Assembly: GCA_951406725.2 (NCBI GenBank)
Contig: OX597832.1
Location: 47,926,001 to 47,990,000 of the forward strand
Source: Octopus vulgaris
Taxonomy: Eukaryota
Reading direction: 5' to 3'
Length of the DNA: 64,000 nt
Numbering within the stretch: position 1 is the first letter of the stretch; each line of letters begins with the position of its first letter. This document shows positions 36,263 through 49,757 of this stretch, one piece after another. Both the position numbers and the translations under genes were made by a program. The notes beneath the pieces are model-generated. The model saw only the letters and a list, made by a program, of their open reading frames with translations, made no database searches and was not told where the DNA came from.

Positions 36263-37346
36263 TATTAGATGAACTCCTATTTCAGGAGAAAAAAATAGTT
36301 TTTAGTGCATTAAAGCTTATGGGAGCCCTAATTTTGCAATTAGGACCAGGGCTGGTTTTGCAAAACATTTTTTTAGGGGGAAAAAAAAAATGTGTTTTAT
36401 AGGCCATCAAATAAGGTAGTCATAACATTATAGTAATATTTAATAATTAATATTTCCTCACTGCTTAATTCTGATTAGCTTTTTAATGTTCACTTTTTAA
36501 TTATTTCTAATTAGTTTCTTAATGCTTACTTAATTAAATATGCTAACACAAAACTGGTTTCTGCTATTTAGCTGCTGTTTGCAACACAATTTAATGAATA
36601 TTTTATTATTATCATTATTTTTTTTTAATTTAGCATACTAATTATTGATGAACAGAATTAATTTAAATATGAACCCTTAAAAATAGTGTTTACATTTGTA
36701 ATAGAGGCCACATGCATTATACCTGCTAATATTGGTTAAACCAGTTTGCAATATACCCTTCTGTGTGAAGGCACATGGCTTAACCCTTTCGTTACTATAT
36801 GTCTGACCAAAATACACCCCTTATGTGTTTCAATTAATTTCTAACATAATCATAAATTTAGTCTGGTTTCATTAAACAACTATAACTTTTTTATTTATCA
36901 ATATATTAATGTGATTTTTGGAAGATAATTTAATGAAATGTTCTCAACCAATTCTATACCATAATTTTTGTCACAAAGTGACTCTAATTGCAGGTAAATA
37001 CAGGTAAATTCAGCAAAATATAAAATTATTAAAATTTTTGTTCAAACATCGCTATAGAAAATGGTATTGGTTAAACCAGTTTGCAATATACCCTTCTGTG
37101 TGAAGACACATAGCTTAATAGCAAGGGTGTTTGACTCCTGATCGTAAGGTTATCAGTTCCATTCCTGTTGGCATGGTGTGTCCTTGAGCAAGACACTTTA
37201 CTTCTTGTTGCCCCAGTCCATTCAGCTGGCAAAACTGAGTTGTACTCGTTATTCAAAGGGGCCAACCTTGTCACATCTTGTTATGCTGAATCTCCCCCCG
37301 AGAACTCTGTTAATTAGATTACTCTGGCAAATGCAATGCTTATATA

Positions 37347-37748
37347 CTCCTTTACTCTTTTAATTGTTTCAGTCATTTGACTGCGGCCATGCTGGAGCAC
37401 CACCTTTAGTCGACTTATTCTTTGTAAGCCCAGTACTTATTCTATCGGTCTCTTTTGCCGAACCGCTAAGTGACGGGGACGTAAACACACCAGCATCGGT
37501 TGTCAAGCAATGCTAGGGGGACAAACACAGACACACAAACATATACATACACATACATATATATATGTATATATACATATATACAACAGGCTTCTTTCAG
37601 TTTCCGTCTACCAAATCCACTCACAAGGCATTGGTTGGCCCGGGGCTATAGCAGAAGACACTTACCCAAGATGCCACACAGTGGGACTGAACCCGGAACC
37701 ATGTGGTTGGTAAGCAAGCTACTTACCACACAGCCACTCCTGCGCCTG
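37347..37748 (-). mobile_element. SINE family A
   Basis: Family A consensus. Confidence 0.9.
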
Positions 37749-38157
37749 TATATTCACATTGAATTAAGCATGCATTATCTTGTAGCTTTCAGATTTCAGT
37801 AATGCCATCATCATCATCATCGTTTAACGTCTGCTTTCCATGCTAGCATGGGTTGGACGACTTTGACTGAGGGCTGGCGAACCAGATGGCTGCACCAGGC
37901 TCCAATCTTGATCTGGTAGAGTTTCTACAGTTGGATGCCCTTCCTAACGCCAACCACTCCGAGAGTGTAGTGGGTGATTGCTTATTTTTACAATGACATT
38001 GTTAGGTAGGCGTGACAGGCCATATCTGGCCAGTTTGAACATAAAACTGGTGGAAAATTTTAGGCTGGATACAGCCAGTTTAAATACTAAAGGGTTAAGG
38101 GTACGCGTGTCTGTGGAATACTCAGCCACTTGCATGCTAATTTCAGGAGCAGACTAA

Positions 38158-38376
38158 AGGCGGCGAGCTGGTAGAAACGTTAGCACGTCGGGCGAAATGC
38201 TTAGCTGTATTTCATCTGCCGTTACGTTCTGAGTTCAAATTCCACCAAGGTCGACTTTGCCTTTCATCCTTTCGGGGGTCGATAAATTAAGTACCAGTTA
38301 TGCACTGGGGTTGATGTAATCGGCTTAATCCCTTTGTCTGTCCTTGTTTAGCCCCTTTGTGGGCAATAAAGAAACA
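38158..38376 (+). mobile_element. SINE family B monomer
   Basis: Head GGCGGCGAGCTGG and short direct repeat AGACTA on both sides. Confidence 0.8.
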
Positions 38377-40514
38377 AGACTATTTGGTTGATCATATCAA
38401 CTGGAACGCTCAGCCAACAGAGAGAGCAAGGCCCTACATTCTGTGTATATCATTTCTGGTTCATTCAGATTTCTCATTCCTTGAGGTCAGTTCTCACTGT
38501 CTTGTCTCAGACATTCCTGAGCTTGACCCTGCTATAGGAAAACCTTCAACAGAAGACAACACACACACACACACACACACATTCACACGCCCACACAGGT
38601 CAGGGGTACTATTTCACCACCAAGCTCTCACCTCTCCGTTTGTGTCGCTCCTTTTCTCCTTCCCCCCTTTTATAATCTGCTGATACTCGATGATGGTCGC
38701 TTTCTCAGTTCGCATGTACCCGCTCCTTCTCAAAAAGGTTAGAATTACACTCTTGAGTCTGGGTAAAAGAATCTTTTTTAATTTTCTTTTAGCTACCATT
38801 TATTTATTTATTTATTTATTTATTTACTTCTTGTGTTCTTGCTCAGAAATATTTTTGCTGTTCTAGCCAGATGTGAACCAACCTTGAATCAGTCTCCCAT
38901 CCACCCACCCACACATACACTCCCTGTAATTTAATTTTTTTTTTTTTTTATTTATTTATTTGTTTATTAATTTTTTTTTTTTTTTGGTAAATGTGGAATT
39001 CAGTTTCAGTCTGTTCCCATGGTACCAATTATTTAATAGGGGTGTTTCGTTGCTTTTATTACTTTACGGGTTTAATTATTTTAACTCTTCAGCTGTGATA
39101 CCAATACCAATTTTTTTATTATTATTATTATTCCTTCTTTGTCTTTTCTTCATTTTTTTTTTTTTTTTAATGAAATTTGATCTCCGTCACTTTTGTTTTC
39201 TCTTCTTAATCTCTCCTCTTCCCCCCCTCCATGTGTGTGTGTGTGTTATATCTTTTGATATTTAATCCCTTTTTTCCTTCTTTTAAATTGTGTTTTTATT
39301 CTTTCATTCCTCCTTTCTCTTTCTCTGAAGTAATTTTGTTGTTTAATTCAAAACAGGGTCACGTTTCTTACTGTGTTTCAAACATCCTTTGCAGCAGCAG
39401 CAGCAGTAGCAGCAGAGGTGTTGGGGGTGGTGGTGGTTGATGATGATGATGGTTTTTGCATATTCTTAAAGCATGAGAATTTTAAGAGACGGTGTAAGGT
39501 GGGAGGGGTGTAGTTCTACGGGTGCCATTCCTTTCCCGCCCAAATGAAATTACTTTAATTAGGAATCCAAGATGTCTTGTTAATTAGTCTTCATTTTCTA
39601 GCATTTTGTTACTGATGGTATTGACATTTTTCTCTTGACCGAGCAATACTTGTGGAAGGTGGAATGGCAAATCCATCATTATCTTGGATTATATTGATGA
39701 CAATTCTTTCTACTGTGGTGGACACAAGGCCAGCAATTTTTTTTTTTTTTATGTCAGATTAGTTGCAGCGCCACTGTCTGTTTCCACCCTGTGCTGAACC
39801 AACTTTGCCTTCCGTTCCTCTTGGGCCATAAAATAAAGTCCTTGCCAAATACCCACCCACTTCTGACTTTGTACCTGTCTTAGAAACAGTGATAATGGTT
39901 TCTGATTTAAGGCGCAAAACTTAGCAGTTTTGAAGGGAGGTGTTGGTTGGTTAATTGGTACCATCAGCTCCTATTCTTGACTGGTGGAGGCACATGGCCT
40001 AGTGGTTAGAGCATCGGACTCGCGGTCGAGGGATCGCGGGTTCCAATCTCAGACAGGGCAATGTGTATGTTTATGAGCGAAACAACTAAGCTCCATGCGG
40101 CTCCGGTAGAAGGTAATAGCAAACTTCTGCTGACTCTTTCGCCACAACTTTATCTCACTCTTTCCTCCTGCATCTTGCAGCTCACCTGCGATGGACCGGC
40201 ATCCCGTCCAGGTGGGGAACCTCTACGCCAAGGAAACTGGGAAGCCGGCCCTTATGAGCCAGGTATGGCTCGAGAAGGAACAAAAAAGAAATTCTTGACT
40301 GGTGCTTTATTTTATCGATCATAGTGGGATGAAAGGTAAAGTTGACCTTAGCAGAATTTGAACTCAGAATATGAAGGGCTGGAATGAATAGCATAAAGTA
40401 TTTTATCCAACACTAACAGTTCTGCCAGCTGACAGAAGTTCTTTTAGTGGAGAAAGAATTCTATTATATCAGTTTCAATGTGTGACTGCTGCTGTTTTTT
40501 CAATGTTTCTCAAT

Positions 40515-40675
40515 CAGGAGTGGTTGTGTGGTAAGTAGCTTGCTTACCAACCACATGGTTCCGGGTTCAGTCCCACTGCGTAGCATCTTGAGCAAATGTC
40601 TTCTGCTATAGCCCCGGGCCGACCAATGCCTTGTGAGTTGATTTGGTAGACGGAAACTGAAAGAAGCCCGTCATA

Positions 40676-40724
<49 letters not shown>

Positions 40725-40949
40725 TGTGTGTATATGTTTGTGCGTCTGTGTTTGTCCCCCTAGCATTGCTTGACAACCGATGCTGGTGTGTTTACGTCCC
40801 CGTCACTTAACGGTTCGGCAAAAGAGACCGATAGAATAAGTACTGGGCTTACAAAGAATAAGTCCCGGGGTCGAGTTGCTCGACTAAAGGCGGTGCTCCA
40901 GCATGGCCGCAGTCAAATGACTGAAACAAGTAAAAGAGTAAAGAGAGTA
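40515..40949 (+). mobile_element. SINE family A, full length
   Basis: Family A consensus. Confidence 0.9.
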
Positions 40950-41901
40950 GTGCCAAGAAAGAAAGAAAAAAAAAGCCTTCATGGCATTTTTTCTAGTGCT
41001 CTAACCATTCTGCCAATCCACCCCCAACGCCCTCTGGTGATTTCTTTAACTACTACTAAAGTGACAAATCAGGAAGACAGTCACAAAGGCTGACGTACAG
41101 CTTAGCAGTTGATAAGGGGGGAAAGAATCAATGGAGTAGAAAAAAAGGCATGAAATATAAGCATAAAACAGTAACATCATAATCATTGTCATCCTTGTTT
41201 TAACGTCCACTTTTCCGTGCTTGCATGGGTTGGCTGGAGTTTATTCAGGCAAGATTTTCTGTGGCCAGGTGCCCTTCACTGTTACCAACCCTCACCGATT
41301 TCTAAGCAAGCTGATAAATATCTCGGGAAGGTTTATGAAAATAAACAAAAGACAAAGGCAGGTGGAGTACAAATAAACAATTGTATTTGTATGGCGCTCA
41401 GGAATAGAAATAAAGCAAGTCTTTTTACGTTTCGAGCCTACGCTCTTCGACAGAAAGATACACAGAAAGGAAACAAGGAGAGAAAAAAATTGCATGTAGG
41501 GGCTAACGATTCAACATTTTTTTTGTCAGGTTGTGTTTTCACAAGTTATTGGGAATTAGCGACACTGTTTATGCGATAGTGACACATAGTGTACGGCCAT
41601 CACGCAATGTCATGACAGACTGCTTATGTGATGGTGACACTTGTTTACAACTGTTACACGATACCAAGACAAAGAAACACAAACACACACACACACACAC
41701 ACACGTACATATGTGAATAATAAATACTACTGCTGCTGAGGATGAACGAGATTTGGCTTTGTCTGTCATTCTTCCATACTCATTAAGTCCCCAGTGTGTG
41801 TGTGTGTGTGTATAAATAAAAGCACACTCACACATTTTATCTTTTACTTGTTTCAGTCATTAGACTGTGGCCATGCTGAGACACTGCCCTGAAAAATTTT
41901 G

Positions 41902-42014
41902 GGGTTCAGTCCCACTGCGTGGCACCTTGGGCAAGTGTCTTCTACTATAGCCTCGGGCCGACCAAAGCCTTGTGAGTGGATTTGGTAGACAGAAACTGAA
42001 AGAAGCCTGTCATA

Positions 42015-42071
<57 letters not shown>

Positions 42072-42270
42072 CGAGCTGGTAGAAACGTTAGCACGCCGGG
42101 CGAAATTCGTCTGTCGTTACGTTCCGAGTTCAAATTCCGCCGAGGTCGACTTTGCCTTTCATCCTTTCGGGGTCGATAAATTAGTACCAGTTACGCACTG
42201 GGGTCGATGTAGTCGACGTAATCCCTTTGTCTGTCCTTGTTTGTCCCCTCTGTGTTTAGCCCTTGTGGTA

Positions 42271-42329
<59 letters not shown>

Positions 42330-42545
42330 TTGTGTGTCTGTGTTTGTTAACCCCCCCCCCCCAACATCACTTGACAACCGATGGTGGTCTATTTACGTTC
42401 CCGTAACATAGCAGCTCGGCAAAAGAGACCGATAGATTAAGTACTAGGCTTATAAAGAATAAGTCCTGGGGTCGATTTCCTCGACTGAAGGCGGTGCTCC
42501 AGCATGGCCGCAGTCAAAAATGACTGAAACATGTAAAAGAGTATA
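41902..42545 (+). mobile_element. SINE family A with SINE B (about 42068-42272) inserted in its (TA)n
   Basis: Nested structure directly visible. Confidence 0.85.
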
Positions 42546-43412
42546 CTTATTAGCTTCGGTACTTAATTCTCTTTTTAAACCTGGTACTTATTGCATTGGT
42601 CTCTTTGGCTAAACTGCTATGTTACTGGGATGTAAACACACCAACACCGGTTGTCAAGCAGTGGTGGGGGACAAACACAAAGACACACACACATTACACA
42701 TGACGGGCTTCTTTCAGTTTCTATCTATCAAATCCACTCACAAGACTGGTCAGCCTGAGACTATAGTAGAATCCCTTAGTCGAGGAAATCGACCCCAGGA
42801 CTTATTCTTCATAAGCCTAGTACTTATTCTATCGGTCTCCTTTTTTTCTGAACTGCTATGTTACGGGAACATAAATAGACCACCATCAGTTGTCAAGCGA
42901 TGTTGGGGGGACAAACACACACACATAAATATATACATATATGCAACAGGCTTCTTTCAGTTTCTGCCCATGGTGCCATGCAGTGGGACTGAACCCAGAA
43001 TCGTGTGGTTGGGAAGCAGACTTCTTGCCACACGGCCACACCTATGTGTGTACATATATATTGAGATCAGATCAGGCCTTCTTGTCTTACAAAAACAACA
43101 CTGGAGCAGGTGAATTGCACTATTCAAAATATGTACCCAGTGAGGGGCGAGGCTGGAAAGGAGTCAACTGGGAAGCTGTTCTCTCTAAAACTATCTCCCA
43201 CCACCACAGATAACTCACACACACACACACTCTGTCTCTGTCTGTCTCTCTCTCTCTTTCACCTGTCAACTTCAATATCATTGCTATATAGTCTACATTT
43301 CATCTCTAGTCTCATCAGATCTGAACTGTAGAGATGTCAGTGTCCTATAGTACACAGTATACAGGGTTTGAATGAAGCTTTTGTTGTCCTACACATTCTT
43401 AGTGGTATTGCT

Positions 43413-43805
43413 TCAGTGCGCACTGCTGGGAATGTTTGTTTAGTGTACACTGCTGTGAATATTTATGTACATTGCTGTGAAAGTTTATTTAATGTACACT
43501 GCTTGGAGTATTTGTTTAGTGTACACTCCTGGAAGTGTTTATTTAGTGTGCATTACTGGAAGTGTTTATTTGGTGTACACTGCTGGAAATGTTTATTTAG
43601 TGTGCACTGCTGGAAGTGCTTATTTAGTGTGCATTACAAGAAGTGTTTATTTAGTGTGCACTCCTGGAAGTGTTTATTTAGTGTGCATTACTGGAAGTGT
43701 TTATGTAGTGTGCACTACTGTGAATGTTTATTTGGTGTACATTGTTGGGAGTGTTTATTTGGTGTACACTGTTGGGAGTGTTTATTTAGTGTACACTGCT
43801 GTGGT
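43413..43805. repeat. 30-bp minisatellite (about 13 copies)
   Basis: Unit approximately AGTGTACACTGCTGGAAGTGTTTATTTAGT. Confidence 0.9.
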
Positions 43806-45715
43806 GTTTTTTTTTAAGCCTAGTACTTATTCTATCTGTTTATTTTGCTGAACTGTTATGTTACAGGAATGTAAACACACCAACACCAGTTGTCAGTTGA
43901 TGGTGGGGAGATGACGACACACACATATATGACAGTCTCCTTTTAGTTTCCATCTATCAAATCTACTCACAAGGCTTTGGTCAGCTTCAAGATATAGTAG
44001 AAGACACTTTTCTATGTGCCACGCAGTGGGACCGAACCCAGAACCATGCGGTTGGGACACAAGCTTCTTACCACATAGCCACACCTGTGCCTGCAAATTA
44101 TATTACTAATGTTTTCGCCTTATGGCTTCTATTGTTTTGTTTTGTTTTACATGAATTTAAAGAGATTTTTTTATTAGCAAATAGGCTAATTAGTTCTGTC
44201 TTGGGCCCTGGGACTTATTGGGACAGTTACCTGGTTTTCCTGGTATATAAATAACTGATATCACCCCACCCCTCTGGCCTGGACACCAGTCATTCGCAAT
44301 GTTATCCATTTATGAAAGGGTTGCCTGGTGTGACATGAAATGAAGTGTTTTGCTCGAAAACACAACGCACCACCCAGTGTGGGAATTGAAACCATGATCT
44401 GAGGATTGCAAGGTCAACACCCTAACCATTAGGCCATGTGCTTTCACTGTGGTTGGGAGTGGAGTGTTTTAACCATTTGTCATTTAAACCAGCCACATCT
44501 GCCCCCAAATATTCTACCTGTTTTATGTTCAAACTGCAAAATCTACAAAACCCTACAAAATCTCATAGGCACAAAATAATGCATAATTAAAAGAAAACAA
44601 AAAAAAAAGGGTGAATAAATAAGCATGACTGTGGTAAGAAGCTTGCTTCCCAGCCTTATGGTTCTGGGTTTAGTTCCCCTGCATGGCACCTTGGGTAAGT
44701 GTCTTCTGCTATAGCCTCGGGCCAACCAAAGCCTTGTGAGTGGATTTGGTAGATAGAAACTGAAAGAAGCTTGTTTAACATATATATATATATTTGTCTG
44801 TGTTTGTGTGTGTGTGTGTGTCGCTTGACAACCGATGTTGCTGTGTTTACATTCCATGTAACTTAGCGGTTCGACAAAAGAGACTGATAGAATAAATCCT
44901 GGGGGTCGATTACAACTAATAAGTCCTGGGGTCGATTTCTTCGACTAAAACCCTTTGGGGCAGTTTTCCTGCTTGGCCACAATCAAATAGCTGAAACGTG
45001 TAACAGAATAAAAGAATAAAGATAAGCATTGCTTTTGACAGAATAATGTGAAAGCTGAAGGGTTAAGCCTCCTGTCATAGGTACCCCATTGGCTTGTATG
45101 TTGTATTGGGTGAGGGACATGAGGCTGCATACTCTAGTCTGCCTAGTTTTTTTTTTCTTTTTTTCTGAAAAAGCAGGTGCCACTTCTATTTCATGGTTCA
45201 GTAATTAATGGTAAGAAAAGGCATCTGGCTGTTAGGAAAAAAAGTTGGGTGGGATGTGGGATGTGTACTGAATGGGGCGGGGGTTTGATATGAGGGGAGG
45301 GCAAAATAAAATAAATTTTCTCATTATCTCCCCCCCCCTCCTCCTCCTCCTTCTTCCTTTTCTTTTACCTAACAATATGCAAATGTTCAAATTTGGGAAA
45401 TAGGGATCATCACACCTTTTTGTTAATATGGCAAACATTGGCATGAAACGATTTGAAAGAAAGAGAGCTTTGTGGTAATTTGAGAGAAAAGTAAGACTTT
45501 GCGTATGTGTGTGAGTATTCTTGTTGAAAGCTGATCCACTGCTAGTATGCCTTAATCATCTATATGAACTGGTGTGTGTGTGTGTGTGTCCTAATTTTTT
45601 TACCCAGCAATGTGTGTGTTTGTGTACACACACAGACACACACACATAAAGCAATGTTCATGGGTCATTAATTTCTTTGGGTTTAGACAGTGTATCTATA
45701 TCTCTGTAAACTAGC

Positions 45716-45746
<31 letters not shown>

Positions 45747-45883
45747 GTGTGTGTGTGTATATGTGTGTGTGTATATATGTGTGTGTATATATATATGTGT
45801 ATGTGTGTATATATATATATATGTGTGTGTGTGTATATATATATATGTGTGTGTGTGTTTATATATGTATATGTGTGTGTGTA

Positions 45884-45936
<53 letters not shown>
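45716..45936. repeat. Compound (GT)n/(AT)n microsatellite
   Basis: Directly visible. Confidence 0.9.
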
Positions 45937-45938
<2 letters not shown>

Positions 45939-46155
45939 ATACACACATACACTCATTCTCTCTTTCACAGGTAAAGAAAAACTGAAAAAAAAAGGGAAAG
46001 ACTGGGAGATATGTGACACACAGACACACACAAAACACACACACACACACACACACACAACACTGAAGGAACGTTTGATTGGTCGGGAGCTGCAAAGAGA
46101 AAGACATGCTTTTGTCTATGGGAGTGGTGAGCAACAGACTCTCGCCACACACACA

Positions 46156-46194
<39 letters not shown>

Positions 46195-46683
46195 CTTTAC
46201 ACATGTGTGCAAATCTAGTCCAAAGTGTCCCGTTTCAGCAAGAGAAAGCCAAGAAGACAGCAAATTAGATATGTGATGCAATGCTGAATAATTTCTTTGT
46301 GTGAATGTGAATGTGAATATATATATTATATTATATTATATTTCTGTTGTACAGATAACATTACATGACTTTTTAAATATTTCTTGTAGCAGTCTCAAGA
46401 AACAAACTTTTTTTTGTGGAGGAGGTGGGGGGTTGGTTATATATATATATAAGTTGTGTGACCTACTTTCACTGTTGAAAAACGGCAGTAACTTCTTATG
46501 GTTTTTGCATCGGGGGTTCAAACTCAGCAATAGTAGATGTGCTTGTGCATGTCTTGTCACGGAAAGTTTTTGGGGTTTTTTTTTTCTTTCTGGTTTTTGT
46601 TGTTGATCGAACAGAGGTATGATGGAAAAGCAATTGAACTGTGACAGTCTTGCTGTGTTTTTTTTTTGTTTGTTGTTGGTTTT

Positions 46684-46912
46684 TTAACCCTTTTGTGTTC
46701 TCATTATTCTGCCAAAATTAATGCTTTTACATCCTCATTGTATTAAACTAATCATGCATTATTTTGTAGCTATGAGATTTTGATGAGGTAGCCATTAATT
46801 TTAAAAACGATATTGTAGGGTTGGTGTGAGAGACCAGATCTGGCCAGTTTGAACATAAAGCAGGCAAAATACTTTTGGCCGGATATGGCAGGTTTGAATG
46901 CTAAAGGGTTAA
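46684..46912. mobile_element. Second piggyBac-like MITE family
   Basis: TTAACCCTTT ... AAAGGGTTAA. Internal CCAGATCTGGCCAGTTTGAACATAAA motif recurs at about 9280, 9500-9940, 11860-12075, 25600-25810 and 37750-38098. Confidence 0.8.
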
Positions 46913-48027
46913 GGAATGGATGTTCCCATTCTCATTGGCTGTAGCTTGTGGAAGCAGGGGCTCAGACACAGCCACCTCTCCTAACACTCTGTTAGGAGTC
47001 CCTTCCCCGCTATCCAGTACTTGATGTTATTTCTTCGGCCCTTGTTAACAAGTGGAATCGAAATCGCTCAAAAATCAATGGAAATTGTAGTTGTGATACC
47101 AGTGGGACATAAACACACCAGCATCGGTTGTCAAGCAATGTTGGGGGGACAAATGCAAACATATAAACACACGCACATACATATATATATATACATATAT
47201 ACGACAGGCTTCTTTCAGTTTCCGTCTATCAAATCCACTCACAAGGCTTTGGTCGGCCCGAGGCTATAGTAGAAAACACTTGCCCAAGGTGCCACGCAGT
47301 GGGACTGAACCTGGAACCATGTGGTTGGTAAGCAAGTTACTTACCACACAGTCACTCCTGCACCCAGTTTGTTTACATCCCCATAACAGTAGTTTGGTTA
47401 AAGAAACTAATAGAATAAATACCAAACTTGGGGGAAAAAAAAACATAAGTACCAGGGTCAAATTGTTTCCTCTAAAAGTGTTCACGGCAATGCCCCAGCA
47501 TGGCCACCGTCCTATGATTAAAACACAGAGACGATAAAGATGTATTTTTAAAATTATTTAAAAAAAAAAAATTGTTGTTGTTGTTGTTGCAGCAGCACCT
47601 CCCCTTTCCTGCAGTTGTGCGTGTGTTTTCACTCACAGCTGAGATTGTACTCGGTCTTACACATTAGCAGCATCTTCATCAACTCATCAATTACACAGCG
47701 TGTCTGTTACCTACAGGGGAGAAGTGGAATGGAATGGAATGTACTTCACCTTCCACGGACGCCCATTTTAACTTGATGGAAAGCGTCGGATATTGTTCAA
47801 GGTTTCATCCATCTTTGTATTATCATTTTCAACCGTCCCTTCCCCCCTCCACCCTGCTAGTCCTGCGGCAGGCACGGAAAGGAAGCAAAGCCCAAACACA
47901 AATGAGGCTGCAGCTGTTTAAATTCTTCATACTGTGGAATGAAAAACTCGACCGTTATTTCAAAATAGCCAAAAAGTGAAGGTTTTATTCAACATCAGTA
48001 ACTAGCTTCTCTCGTCATAGCTTTTTC

Positions 48028-48231
48028 TTTCCCATCCCAGTTACGAAAAAACCAGATATTTCGATGTGGTGTGAAAGAAGGAAAGTTGTAAATATAGTCG
48101 AGCTAACGGTTCCTCATGAAGATAATACGGACGCCGCTTGGGCTCGAAGATTGAACCGTTATGTAAACCTCCTCGAGGAATGTGAAGATGCAGGCTGGGA
48201 AGTGGAGCATTTTCCTATCGAAGTCGGATGT
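48028..48231 (+). pseudogene. Restriction-like endonuclease (RLE) domain fragment of a non-LTR retrotransposon
   Basis: KKPDISMW...IVELTVPHEDN...RRLNRYVNLLEEC..AGW..EHFPIEVGC matches the PD..(D/E) RLE pattern (PDI.W / IELTVP.E / GW....P.EVG) of early-branching LINE clades such as HERO. Confidence 0.75.
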
Positions 48232-48306
48232 CTTTGCCCATCATCGGTCTAGACCTGCATAATCCTGCTAGCTGCGGATATATATATTTATTTATTTTTT
48301 ATTATT

Positions 48307-48351
<45 letters not shown>

Positions 48352-48380
48352 TATTTATATTTATTATTTCTCTTCCCCAG

Positions 48381-48540
48381 GGACCGAAGTGAGTAGCAGT
48401 TCAGACAGCCAAGGTGATGGTCTATTCAGCACTGATACAAACCCAATCCGAGTGAGTCAGAGGAAGAGAAAGCCTCCCGCCACCCTTGATGATAACCCTT
48501 CCCCGCCTTCTTTAGGAGGCTGGGTTCGCATTGCTTTGGG
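48381..48540 (+). CDS. Exon 9 of bromodomain protein gene (NLS-like RKRK, start of bromodomain helix Z)
   Basis: TCTCTTCCCCAG acceptor, phase 1. Encodes GTEVSSSSDSQGDG...RVSQRKRKPPATLDDNPSPPSLGGWVRIALG. Donor GTAAGT, phase 2. Confidence 0.88.
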
Positions 48541-48680
48541 GTAAGTTCATTGTATACAGATTGTTTGTTTGTCTACATGTATTAATCTGATGCTGTGTTT
48601 GTATCTTTGCGTTGTGTGCCTGCATCTGTGTGTATATATCTATGTACATGTTTGTATCAGAGAGTATGTGTATGCCAGTA

Positions 48681-48726
<46 letters not shown>

Positions 48727-48729
<3 letters not shown>

Positions 48730-49123
48730 TCTTTTACTTGTTTCAGTCATTTGACTGTGGCCATGCTGGAGCACCGACTTTATTCGAGCAAATCGACCAC
48801 GGGACTTATTCTTTTGTAAGCCCAGTACTTATTCTATCGGTCTCTTTTGCCGAACCGCTAAGTGATGGCGATGTAAACACACCAGCATTGGTTGTCAAGC
48901 AATGCTAGGGGGGACAAACACAGACACACAAGCATACACACACATATATATACATATATACGACGGGCTTCTTTCAGTTTCCGTCTACCAAATCCACTCA
49001 CAAGGCTTTGGTCGGCCCGAGGCTATAGTAGAAGACACTTGCCCAAGATGCCATGCAGTGGGACTGAACCCGGAACCATGTGGTTGGTAAGCAAGCTACT
49101 TACCACACAGCCACTCCTGCACC
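48727..49123 (-). mobile_element. SINE family A, full length
   Basis: Family A consensus. Confidence 0.9.
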
Positions 49124-49712
49124 TATATATATATATATATATCTGTACATGACTATGTATATTAGTGTGTATCTGTGTTTGTGCCTTTCTGTTAATGTCT
49201 GTATTTCTACAACTGTGTGTGAACCTGCATTTGTGCATCATGTGTCTTTGTGGTCAGTTTTTCTTGTGACTGGTTTTTGACCAGAAGCAAGGACCAGTTC
49301 CAATATTGTGCTTGCTTTTACTCTGCGTATTAATTACTTACTTGAATTTACTTGCATCACAAGGTGTGTATATGTATAGGTGCAGGTGTGGCTGTGTGGT
49401 GAGACACTTGAACCTTAATCACATGGTTCCAGGTTCAGTCCCACTGTGTGGCACCTTGGGCAAGTATCATGTACTATCAGAAACTGAAAGAAGCCCATCA
49501 TGTGTGTGTGTATGTATGTATGTATGTGTGTGTATATGATAGATCGTTAGCCACTACACACATTTTTTTCTCTCCTTGTTTTTTCTGTGTACCTTTCTGT
49601 AGAAGAGCATAGGCTTGAAACGTTAAAGACTTTTTCTATACTAATACATCTGTTTGTTTTGTACACCACCTGTCTTCGTCTTTTGTTTTTTTTCGCAAAC
49701 TTTCCCTATATA

Positions 49713-49757
<45 letters not shown>

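Noticed and set aside
38511-38598. Possible cassette exon DIPELDPAIGKPSTEDN...
   Set aside because: Includes a (CA)n microsatellite, and its exit phase (2) does not fit exon 9 (phase 1).
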